DNA from: an uncultured Candidatus Bathyarchaeia archaeon
GTDB taxonomy: Archaea; Thermoproteota; Bathyarchaeia; Bathyarchaeales; Bathyarchaeaceae
NCBI GenBank assembly: GCA_964623205.1
Contig: CAZUQX010000004.1
Span: 38,064-102,063, forward strand
Length of the DNA: 64,000 nucleotides
Direction: 5' to 3'
Position 1 is the first letter of the stretch, and every line of letters starts with the position of its first letter. Shown here in pieces: positions 1 to 8,879 of this stretch. Below the pieces are notes generated by a model. It ran no database searches. It worked only from the letters and a program-made list of their open reading frames with translations, and was not told the DNA's origin. The translations under genes and the position numbers were made by a program.

Positions 1-2
1 GA

Positions 3-962
3 GCTCATGTTGTTCATCTGCACCATGGATGGTTATTGTATGGGGGTTTCGTCTCCTCCATGCTTTTTCCAATTTTATTATCTTTTTTTCGTTCAAGTCG
101 TAAACCATGTGTTGTCACCATGCACACTGTGATACGAAAAGATGCCCATATTTACCCCAACTCTTTGGTTAACTTCTTGGCTCGGATGGCTGTTCTGTTT
201 GTTTCAAGGTGTATCGTACAATTTTCAGATAAGGTGATTGTACATAATCGTTTGATGAAAAAAATTCTTCAAACAGAGTACAATGCAAAGGAAGAAAAGA
301 CCGTTATAATTCCACATGGAGTGAAGAAATCCTCTGAGAAACCTGAATCTTCGCAAGAGGGTAAGAGAATCCGCATTTTGTCTCTTGGGTTCTTAAGGAA
401 AGGTAAGGGAATGAACTGTTTGATCGAGGCGTTCGAAAAATTCCTTGAAAAGTATCCTGACGCAAAACTGGTAATCGTTGGAGGGAGTCACGCACATGAT
501 AACACAGGTTACTCTGAAGGCTTTAAGCACTTCCTGACACCGAACATTCAGAAACAAGTGGTATTCACTGGGTTTGTTGATGAAAAACGTTTGGAACAAC
601 TCATTTGGGAAAGTGACATAATTGTGCTACAATCTACAGAGCCATATTATGTCGAGGCAAGTGGGGCGTTGGCAGCAGTTGCCGACTACGGGAAACCGGT
701 TGTTTGCAGCAAAGTACCAAAATTTCAAAGCGAATTACAAAATGGAGAAAACTACATTGCTGTAGCACCATCCGATTCAACTGAGCTAGCTCAAACACTT
801 GCCTTATTAATGGAGAATAAGGAACTCAGAAACCGTCTTGGGAAAAACCTTCGAGAAGCGTTTAAGGGCAGACGCTGGAGCGCTGTGGCAGAAGAGCATA
901 TTAACCTCTATGGATGTCTTTTGAAAAACCTGAAAACGACTGGTTGCACAGAAAAGGGGTAG
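3..962 (+). CDS. Glycosyltransferase family 4 (GT-B fold), 5'-truncated by window edge
   Basis: The frame is open from nt 3 (AHVVHLHHGW...), so the TTG at 36 is not the real start. C-terminal GT1/GT4-type domain (FTGFVDEKRLEQLIWESDIIVLQSTEPYYVEASGALAAVADYGKPVV). Confidence 0.75.
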   Translation, partial: AHVVHLHHGWLLYGGFVSSMLFPILLSFFRSSRKPCVVTMHTVIRKDAHIYPNSLVNFLARMAVLFVSRCIVQFSDKVIVHNRLMKKILQTEYNAKEEKTVIIPHGVKKSSEKPESSQEGKRIRILSLGFLRKGKGMNCLIEAFEKFLEKYPDAKLVIVGGSHAHDNTGYSEGFKHFLTPNIQKQVVFTGFVDEKRLEQLIWESDIIVLQSTEPYYVEASGALAAVADYGKPVVCSKVPKFQSELQNGENYIAVAPSDSTELAQTLALLMENKELRNRLGKNLREAFKGRRWSAVAEEHINLYGCLLKNLKTTGCTEKG

Positions 963-966
963 AGTA

Positions 967-3207
967 TTACTGCTGTTCCCCAAATAGTTCGATCCACTTC
1001 TCAGCGATTTTCTTCGAGTCAAAAAGCGAGGCTCTCGTTATGCAGTTCTTCCTCATTTCTTGGGGATAACCATCCTTCCAAATCCTCGAAGCAAAGTCCA
1101 CCAGCTCTTTGTCGCTATTTACAAGCCAGCCTGTAACCTCATTTACAACGGATTCACTGGGTCCCTGCCTATTGTAGGTCAGCACTGGTGTTCCGCAAGC
1201 CATGCTTTCGATAGGTATGTATCCGAATGGTTCATGGGAGAACGTGAAAAGGACGTAGAGGGCGTTAGAGTAAAGATCCACTAGCTCTTCGTTAGAAATT
1301 GCGCCTAGGAACTGGATGTTGGGGTGTTTGGAAATGTAAGTTGGGATGCCCGATGCTTTGTAGCCAAAGGCTTTGACTGCTACGCCTGCGTCGGCTATCT
1401 GCTTGATGACTGCAAACTTGGTTTCCTTATTGTAGACCCCGAAGTAGGTCAGTACGTAGTCTTGTGACGGTTCAGAGGTTGTAGGTTTGAAGAGAGTGCG
1501 ATCTAAAGGAGGAGGAATCACGCCGTCAACTTTTACGTCTAGTTCCTCATACATGGACGCACAAAACCTTGAGTTAGCTATTACTGAATTTGATAAATAG
1601 ACGTGGTCTCTCACGTTTTTCTTCTCTAAATACCTCAATACTGGCGCACCCAAGTGGTATATGTACTTGTAACGTGTAGGCATCTCAAGAAGCATATCAT
1701 CAAGGGCTCTTGTCATGGGACCCTGAGCGTAATACAAATTGGACTTGACCTTAATACAGGATGAAGCATTAATCACTATCTCATTATCACCCAGAGCATC
1801 TAAGTGGAACATATTTCGCGATTTGAGCAGCGACTTCGCCCAAGCTTCAAGGAGTGGAGATGAACGTATAATGTTAAAATTCGAACCTAGGCTTTCAACG
1901 TGAATATTTTTTTCCTTCGCGGCTTTCCTAACTTCTTCGCTGACGCTTAGCGAAACAAGAGTAACGTCATATCCATTTTTCTGCAGTTCTGTAGCTAAAA
2001 GAAATGGTGGTCTTGTAGACCCTACGGTTGTCAGGAGGGGATCGGTGATGAAAGTTATTTTCATATTATTAACTCCTGCAAGCGCATTTAGGTTAGCACC
2101 TGGCTTTAGTGCCTCTACAATAGCTTTAGTTGACTTCTCTATAGTGAAGTCTTTTAGCGCCGTCTCTTTGGCTTTTGAACCCATCTCAGCGGTAAGTTGT
2201 TCATCCTCTATCAGGCGCATCATGTTCTTTGTAACATCTTCTGGATCATAGGGGTCAACTAGGAAGCCGTTCTCTCCATGTCTGATGAATTCTTTTGTTC
2301 CCCCCTGGTTTGAGACTATTGAGGGCTTCCCGAAAAGTGCGGCTTCTATAGGAACTAGACCGAAGGGTTCATGCAAAGCCAGATGAACTATGAACTTGCA
2401 GTTCCTGTAATAGCTTGCTAGTTCCTGTTCCTGTACATGAGATTGAAAGATTATATTTTTCAAGCCAAGCTCATGAGCTATAGAATGAATCTCATCCTCT
2501 AGAGGTCCCTCCCCTATTATAACAAGTTTCACTGTTGACCTGTGCTTTGGCGGGAGCTGATGATAAGCCTTCAATAAGTTGATGTGGTTCTTCATTGGAA
2601 TCATCGCTCCTATGGCTAGTATATAATTGTTCAAGCTGTGATTCTCGTTGTTCTGGGTTTGTTGTTGAATCTCTGTGCCTGGATATGCAACGGTTATCTG
2701 ATGCTTCAGGTCGTAAAGTGTTTTGATAACTTTTCTGGTGTAGTTGCTGTTGGCAACTATTTTCGTGTAACCTCTTGCAGTTTTTCTATCTATGGCGCGA
2801 AGAAAGTTAATCGAAGTGTTATACAGACTATCTGAAAGAAATAGGGAGGTCGAGGATTTGCCGTAGCATTCTATGCTGGTTGGTTTGACTGTGGACCTTA
2901 ACTCCGTGGATGGTATTCCAGACAATTGAGTTTCCCACAAGGCTCGGAGGGGTTCTCCACAGTACCAAACAAGTTTGGTTTTTAGAAATATGGTTAGAAA
3001 GTAGGCTAGAAAAGGGTCAATGTGATGGTGTATCAGCACTGCATCGAAGGATTTCAGGTGGTGTATCAGGTTTTTTATGTTTCGAAAAGCTTTGAATGAG
3101 GGGGGAAACCCGAAGGGTAGAGTGTTTAAAGCTATGTTTGATTGTGCCCGTTTCTTCCAATCAGGATGTAATGGACCGTTATAGAACAGTTCAACGTCGA
3201 AGCCCAT
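967..3207 (-). CDS. Tandem fusion of two GT4-type glycosyltransferase units (746 aa)
   Basis: Two complete GT-B units. aa ~1-380 carries HEPFGLVPIEAALFGKPSIVSNQGGTKEFIRHGENGFLV; aa ~385-746 carries HEPFGYIPIESMACGTPVLTYNRQGPSESVVNEVTGWLV. Confidence 0.8.
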   Translation of the reverse strand: MGFDVELFYNGPLHPDWKKRAQSNIALNTLPFGFPPSFKAFRNIKNLIHHLKSFDAVLIHHHIDPFLAYFLTIFLKTKLVWYCGEPLRALWETQLSGIPSTELRSTVKPTSIECYGKSSTSLFLSDSLYNTSINFLRAIDRKTARGYTKIVANSNYTRKVIKTLYDLKHQITVAYPGTEIQQQTQNNENHSLNNYILAIGAMIPMKNHINLLKAYHQLPPKHRSTVKLVIIGEGPLEDEIHSIAHELGLKNIIFQSHVQEQELASYYRNCKFIVHLALHEPFGLVPIEAALFGKPSIVSNQGGTKEFIRHGENGFLVDPYDPEDVTKNMMRLIEDEQLTAEMGSKAKETALKDFTIEKSTKAIVEALKPGANLNALAGVNNMKITFITDPLLTTVGSTRPPFLLATELQKNGYDVTLVSLSVSEEVRKAAKEKNIHVESLGSNFNIIRSSPLLEAWAKSLLKSRNMFHLDALGDNEIVINASSCIKVKSNLYYAQGPMTRALDDMLLEMPTRYKYIYHLGAPVLRYLEKKNVRDHVYLSNSVIANSRFCASMYEELDVKVDGVIPPPLDRTLFKPTTSEPSQDYVLTYFGVYNKETKFAVIKQIADAGVAVKAFGYKASGIPTYISKHPNIQFLGAISNEELVDLYSNALYVLFTFSHEPFGYIPIESMACGTPVLTYNRQGPSESVVNEVTGWLVNSDKELVDFASRIWKDGYPQEMRKNCITRASLFDSKKIAEKWIELFGEQQ

Positions 3208-3289
3208 TTTTTTCAGGTATATGCTATGGAGTATAGCCGTTTTTTCGGCTCCTCCGAATCTGCCTAGGGCGTGGTGGAGAATCGCTATC

Positions 3290-6200
3290 TTAATTATGAC
3301 TATCCTCCTTCTGTTTTGGATAAGCGAGAACTGCGTTTTCTTTATGTATTTTCTGTTTTATGTACTTCCCCCAATGTTTAAGCTTTTTAGATGGGATAAT
3401 TAGTATCATCACCACGATGATTAGAGTGATTATCGTGATTTTTATTCCAATGTCAGCGTAGGTTTGGCCTGTGAAGTATATTGTTATGTTGAGGCTGCCT
3501 GTCTTGTTTATGTAGAAACCGTTGACGATGGAATACACGGGGATCGGCGATATCTCCTCGTCGTCTATGTAAGCTTTCCACATTGGGTGATAGGATTCTG
3601 AGAATATTAGTAGAAACGGTTCATTGCTGTTTTCGACGTGAACTTCATACTTGCCTGAGTTTATCATTTCATAGCTTACGTTTGGGCCAGATTCTGCTTC
3701 GAACAAATTGTCCAAGAAACCGAAATCTCCTTCGTCGTTGAGTGTCATCGCCATTCCATCGAAATTCACTATGCCGGTGGAGCTAACGGTTACGGTTTGT
3801 TCGCCGGAGTGGAGATAAATTGGTTCAAGTTCAACACGTTTGATTTCATTTTCGGGGCTGTTGCAGGGAATAGTGATTGTTTCGTTGTTTATCTTCAGGT
3901 TTAGAGTCCCATATTCTGGGCCGAATGCAAGTCGAAAGCCAACCCTGTAATATCCATCCTGAGGAATGACCACTTCTCTGGAAAAAGATGACCTTGTGTA
4001 CACCTCAATCTCCCAGATGCTTACTAAATTGTACAACTCAGTGGCGGAGGTTACTAGTATCCTTAGCTTGTCGGTTTCTACGGTTTCTTCGAAAATGTGG
4101 GTGTGGTGGACTTCGGTGTTTCCTTCCACGCTAACTTGGTCTATCCAGTTTGTGCCGTTCCAAGTCTGTAGCGTGTAATCCTCTGCGTATGCTTCTTCAA
4201 ATAATATGCTTGCTCCAGTGAGTTCCTGTGGAGTCTCCCATTCAATTTGTAGCCACTGCGGCATTGGCTCATGAGGTTTAGAAGCCCACCTAGTGTAGGG
4301 GCTTATGTCGTTGACTTTATTGGCTTCTAAGGCATTACTGTCCCACACTCCAACCGAGCTGGCAGAGGCCTCACCGTTGGGCGCGATATTCCAGCCAAGT
4401 TCTGTCACGTGAATTTGAAAATCGTCTGGAGAAACGCTTTGCTCCTCGTCTTCAAGCGAGTAGATTATCATTTGGTCAAAGTCTATTTGTCCTGAGCCGC
4501 CGATTGTTATTAGGTGGTTGCTGGCGTTAAGATAGAGTGGTCCTGCTTCGTACCATTCTGCTTCTGGGCTGGAGCTTAGGTGTCGTAAGGAAACTGTTTT
4601 GTTGTCTACCTCCAGCTTTAGAGTCCCTTGGTTTGGGTCTTGGGTTAGGCGAATGGCGAGCATGTATTGGTCTTCGCGTACAATCGTGGCATTAGCTGCA
4701 AGAAATGTTGATGACGCGTTTGATTCTAAGACTTCGCCTTGGTATGGTACTGAGGTTAGGTACCATTCTGAAGGGATATTTTTTGAGAAGGTGTGTTGTG
4801 CAGTTAATATGTGAACTATTCTGCCGGGATAGTTCTGGAGATCGTTAAGCAATTGGTTGATTTGGTTTTCTAAGGTGGATGATTCTACAATTGCAATAGC
4901 GTCAACGTCGTTCCAGCCTGAGCCGTCGTTCGTGAGAATTATTTCGTGGTTTCCCTTTTCCAAATACAGAGAACCAAGATTTATCCATTTCAGCCCTGTT
5001 CGAACACTCGCGTAAGGGCGCACTTCTTTGATTGGTATACCATCAACATGTACGGCTAAACTACCTCTATCGCTGTGGAACCCAAGTCGTATCATTACTT
5101 CGTAGTTACCGTCATCAGCTACTTCAAAGGGGATGTTTACTCTGTTGTTTCCAGCTGTTGTCAAGGTGGTTCTGCCGAGAGCTAGTACGCCATAATCCTC
5201 CCATGGAACGGCTTTCCCCCAGTAAGCGGTATAATTTCGAGTTGGTAGTGCATACTGTTCTGCGCGTATCACATTCATGTCTTCTGAAGATAACATAACT
5301 AAGTCCATTAACTCGCTGTCGTCAAACAGAATTGTTCCAGTATCTTCAAGCACTTGTCCTTTCAGAAAGTTATTATCTTCAAGTTGGTCCGCAAAGATGA
5401 ATGTGTTTCCGCTAAAGTCTAACGAGTCGATCTTTGAGGTGGTGACAAAGCTCTTAACACCACCAACAACTAACGTGTATGAAGTTGTGCCGAAGATTCT
5501 TTCGTTGTGAAAACTGTTTTCTAATATTATTGAACCGTTTTGGTTGTAAACTACTTCTGCTCCTTCTTGGTTTATGAAGAAGGATCTAGTGCTTTCACTG
5601 GTATACTCGGGTAGGACAACATACTTGTAATCAAAGGTGCCGAGCAACTTCAATAATTGGTCACTTAAATAATTCCTACCTATACCAAAACGAAGATAGT
5701 TGACGAATTGACGGGATTCAACCATGTGACCGCCGTCTTGGAGAACAGGCTTGTCATGGATAAAGGCGCTATCAAAGCCGATGTCGTGTCCCCATCCGAT
5801 ATTAGTTAACATTCCGCCAGATCCAAAATCTGTTAGTGCGTTAGGAACTAACTCCCACTCGGTGGGACTAAGAGTTGTAGTGACAATTTTGAAATCCTGC
5901 GGTTGGTCTGCGATCCATTCGTAAGGTGTGAGGAAAGTTTCAGGAGGCTTGTAAACTTGGAGGCCGTTCTGCAAAAAGAACCAGCATGAAAAGAAACCGC
6001 TTAACAAAATTAGAATCAACAGCAATATAGAAGAATAGTGCAGACAAGTTTTGATCCGTTTTAGCGCTTTATTGAGAGATTTGAATGAGAAAATTTGTTT
6101 CGCAATGCCATTTTCTAGTGGCGAAGTTCTAACGTTTATTTCTGAGCGTGTTTCTTTTGTTTGCGAACTTCTTGTCTTTGAGAGGTGATTAGTGATTATG

Positions 6201-7393
6201 CTGACTAGTACGGAGATAAAGAATGCGTTACTGAAAGCGGTTATCATGGCAAATCTGCTTGCTGCTCTAAATACGGAAAAATGAGGGATGTTGAACCAAG
6301 CCCATACAAAGATGTTTCCATATGGAGAATTGGGACCTTTAGATAAAAATATTGAAATTATGCAGGCAGCAAGGAAAAAAAGTGTATACCTGTTTGTTTT
6401 GATCAGAACTGTTGAATATGCAATCAAAAAGATGATGAACAAAATTGCTGAGACTGGTAGAATTTGTAGACTAATTTCAGAAGTAACGTCAAGAAGATAA
6501 AAGTATCCCCATTGTTCAGTACCGCGCAAAACAAATGCATCAAACATGTTTCTGTGGCTTATGCCAGCAGTTTCCTCTAGGCCGTAGCTGAACTCTGTTG
6601 AATAGAATGAGGCGCGGGCATTATTCAGGAATGGTATGATATAGAAGGCTGATAAGCAAAGAAATATAGCTCCTGACAACACCAGCACCTTCAGAACTCG
6701 TTTAGTTCTGTTCCAGAAATGAAAACTGCTTTGTGGTGTTACAAGGTAGAAAACTGTGAATAGTGCCAAAAAAAGCATGTAAATGACAAATGACAACGGG
6801 TTGAAGCCTGTTAAACATATCGATAGTACCACTGCAAATAGTGTTAAATCTCTAAGTCGTCCATGCTTCAATGCTCGGGATAGCAACAAAAATAAAAAAG
6901 GAGCAAGAGCGTAGCCGAAAAGTATCCCAAGGTGACCCTCAGTATATTGTGTGAAAAACCAGTTGTTGAGACTATATATAAGGGAGGCTGAGAGGGCGGC
7001 CAAGTTGTTACGTGTGTAGTGAAAAGCAAAAGAGTACATTGAAAAACCGGCTAAAGGGAATGTAAGAAACATGAAAGCCTTCACCGTTACTGCACCGCTT
7101 TGATTCACTAAATTAATCAGCATAAGGAAGAAATCTATCGAGTTTATTCCTTCAACAAAACCAAAAGAAAAGGGTCGCCAAAGATTTAACCAACGAAAGT
7201 CGTGTCCATACAAGTATTCTCTAGCGACCCATCCTAGCGTATCTCCTCCTCCGGGCCAACCGCCTGAAAAAATAAAATTACGAAAAATTATGATCGCCAA
7301 GATGGTTATGATGCTAAAATCAATAATTATCCGCCCATACTTCGTGCAAACAATGTCTCTCCACCGCTTAACATTTTGCATTGTCGAATCCAC
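3290..7393 (-). CDS. Large GT-C-like polytopic membrane protein with extracytoplasmic discoidin (F5/8 type C) and repeated beta-sandwich modules, C-terminal TM anchor (AftD-like architecture)
   Basis: 1367-aa ORF. The N-terminal ~480 aa hold many hydrophobic helices. Discoidin-like segment NDISPYTRWASKPHEPMPQWLQIEWE...YTLQTWNGTNW (nt ~3990-4400). Three repeats of a G-x-Y-x-V-x-I/F-R-L...G-T/S-L-x-L/V module. C-terminal TM IGIKITIITLIIVVMILII. Confidence 0.6.
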   Translation of the reverse strand: MDSTMQNVKRWRDIVCTKYGRIIIDFSIITILAIIIFRNFIFSGGWPGGGDTLGWVAREYLYGHDFRWLNLWRPFSFGFVEGINSIDFFLMLINLVNQSGAVTVKAFMFLTFPLAGFSMYSFAFHYTRNNLAALSASLIYSLNNWFFTQYTEGHLGILFGYALAPFLFLLLSRALKHGRLRDLTLFAVVLSICLTGFNPLSFVIYMLFLALFTVFYLVTPQSSFHFWNRTKRVLKVLVLSGAIFLCLSAFYIIPFLNNARASFYSTEFSYGLEETAGISHRNMFDAFVLRGTEQWGYFYLLDVTSEISLQILPVSAILFIIFLIAYSTVLIKTNRYTLFFLAACIISIFLSKGPNSPYGNIFVWAWFNIPHFSVFRAASRFAMITAFSNAFFISVLVSIITNHLSKTRSSQTKETRSEINVRTSPLENGIAKQIFSFKSLNKALKRIKTCLHYSSILLLILILLSGFFSCWFFLQNGLQVYKPPETFLTPYEWIADQPQDFKIVTTTLSPTEWELVPNALTDFGSGGMLTNIGWGHDIGFDSAFIHDKPVLQDGGHMVESRQFVNYLRFGIGRNYLSDQLLKLLGTFDYKYVVLPEYTSESTRSFFINQEGAEVVYNQNGSIILENSFHNERIFGTTSYTLVVGGVKSFVTTSKIDSLDFSGNTFIFADQLEDNNFLKGQVLEDTGTILFDDSELMDLVMLSSEDMNVIRAEQYALPTRNYTAYWGKAVPWEDYGVLALGRTTLTTAGNNRVNIPFEVADDGNYEVMIRLGFHSDRGSLAVHVDGIPIKEVRPYASVRTGLKWINLGSLYLEKGNHEIILTNDGSGWNDVDAIAIVESSTLENQINQLLNDLQNYPGRIVHILTAQHTFSKNIPSEWYLTSVPYQGEVLESNASSTFLAANATIVREDQYMLAIRLTQDPNQGTLKLEVDNKTVSLRHLSSSPEAEWYEAGPLYLNASNHLITIGGSGQIDFDQMIIYSLEDEEQSVSPDDFQIHVTELGWNIAPNGEASASSVGVWDSNALEANKVNDISPYTRWASKPHEPMPQWLQIEWETPQELTGASILFEEAYAEDYTLQTWNGTNWIDQVSVEGNTEVHHTHIFEETVETDKLRILVTSATELYNLVSIWEIEVYTRSSFSREVVIPQDGYYRVGFRLAFGPEYGTLNLKINNETITIPCNSPENEIKRVELEPIYLHSGEQTVTVSSTGIVNFDGMAMTLNDEGDFGFLDNLFEAESGPNVSYEMINSGKYEVHVENSNEPFLLIFSESYHPMWKAYIDDEEISPIPVYSIVNGFYINKTGSLNITIYFTGQTYADIGIKITIITLIIVVMILIIPSKKLKHWGKYIKQKIHKENAVLAYPKQKEDSHN

Positions 7394-7551
7394 CTGGCTA
7401 ATTACGGTACTAAGACGTTAAAATCTTTATTTGCTTTAGCTCTTTGCATACTTAAACCTTCAATTTTGGCAACTACTTTCCATGTTTCGTCTATGAAATA
7501 ACACCAAAACACGGCTTGTGTAATGGCTTAATTTTTTCAATTAATTACATT

Positions 7552-8439
7552 TTATTGGTTGAATGGTTCCTTTTGAATAACCATTGTCAAGCCATGACCA
7601 AGCTGTTTCAACATTCTTGTATTTGTAAGCATGAAATAGCTTGTTTGGTAGATTTTTCGTATGATTCTTGACTTTTCTAGTTTTGTCAGAATAGTCGGAA
7701 CAAAACTCCACGTTCTTCTAGATGTCACACTGTATCCCCTTTTCTTGTATGTCAATTCTAGCTTTTTAGTGTCAAACCTGACTTCAGTTATCCCGCTTGC
7801 TTCTCCTACGTGTGGACGAGCTGAGAATATTCTTTTGAGCGCATGGAGCGCCAACTCAGGTATAAGCGTTCTAGCGGGTTCATCTCCGAGTATGAAGGAT
7901 CTAGAAACCCTGAGAGCTTCGTGGATGACAGCTTCGGGGGAAGGAAAATGGTGCAAGGATTGATAGGCAATTGAACAATCAAAAACGTTGTCTTTAAAAG
8001 GTAAGTGCTCTCCATCGGCGCATACAAAATCGGCTTCAAACTTTCTTTGCCGTGCTCTCATCTTTGAAATTTTGAGAAAAGTAAGAGATGAATCAATGCC
8101 AATGGGGAACCCGCCTTCCAGAGATACCCACTCATCGAGCCAACCACTCCCACAGCCAATGTCTAAAATCTTTTGCTTTTTTATACCGCCTAATAATTTT
8201 GCAATTGTCTTGAAATTCTGTCTGTAGAGGAATGTCCACAAGACGCCGTATGAGTAAGGTTTGTTCAATTCTTTCATAAACGTCTTATTGCTTGAAAGAA
8301 CGGCTTTCCAAGAATTTCTCTCTTTTTGTTTCCATCTAATGGCTGTCATTAAAGGACCTCTAGGATGTTTGTGGACTTTAGTTTTTTTATGATTTTTAGG
8401 AGTGTTAGAAAGCGGGTTCCGTGGCGGTATCTGTTCCAT
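7552..8439 (-). CDS. Class I SAM-dependent methyltransferase
   Basis: Motif I ILDIGCGSGW and a downstream Methyltransf_11-like core (FDCSIAYQSLHHF). Start uncertain; an alternative Met lies at 8349. Confidence 0.7.
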   Translation of the reverse strand: MEQIPPRNPLSNTPKNHKKTKVHKHPRGPLMTAIRWKQKERNSWKAVLSSNKTFMKELNKPYSYGVLWTFLYRQNFKTIAKLLGGIKKQKILDIGCGSGWLDEWVSLEGGFPIGIDSSLTFLKISKMRARQRKFEADFVCADGEHLPFKDNVFDCSIAYQSLHHFPSPEAVIHEALRVSRSFILGDEPARTLIPELALHALKRIFSARPHVGEASGITEVRFDTKKLELTYKKRGYSVTSRRTWSFVPTILTKLEKSRIIRKIYQTSYFMLTNTRMLKQLGHGLTMVIQKEPFNQ

Positions 8440-8811
8440 GCGTCACCAAAGTACATTTCTTCTTGGTGGTCAGGTAACAGTTGAGCCTCTTTCTCGTAAT
8501 ATCTCCTAACTTCCATCTTTCATTATCCACAAAATTTACTCTTCTTCACTTCTGCTGATTAATAGTTTCCCCCCTTCAAGTCGTCCTGACATCCCAGAAA
8601 TAACATGTTTTTTGGCGGATTCCCCGCCTCTTTAATTGACGTTTTTGTTTGAAAGATTTTACGTCTGTGTTTTGATTAGGTGATGTTTGTCGGCGTGGGG
8701 TTGTTGATAATTTGATGACTAACCTCTGCGTGTGCGCATTAAATGCGGGAAAATTGGAAAGACATGTTATGAATCTGGAATATAAATATAGAATACACCT
8801 ACACATAGCGT

Positions 8812-8823
8812 AAACTTTTTAAG
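8812..8823 (+). promoter_or_regulatory. TATA-like box upstream of the candidate S-layer gene
   Basis: aaaCTTTTTAAg about 60 nt upstream of the ATG at 8880, in an otherwise ORF-free 440-bp spacer. Confidence 0.25.
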
Positions 8824-8879
8824 CTTATCCCCATGAACCTTTAGAGTGCGAAAAAACTGTAAAAGAAGATGAGTAAGAA

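Noticed and set aside
3290-7393. AglB/STT3 oligosaccharyltransferase identity for the 1367-aa membrane protein
   Set aside because: No WWDYG or DK/MI-type motif is seen. The architecture fits AftD-like GT-C plus CBMs better, so it is kept as generic GT-C-like.
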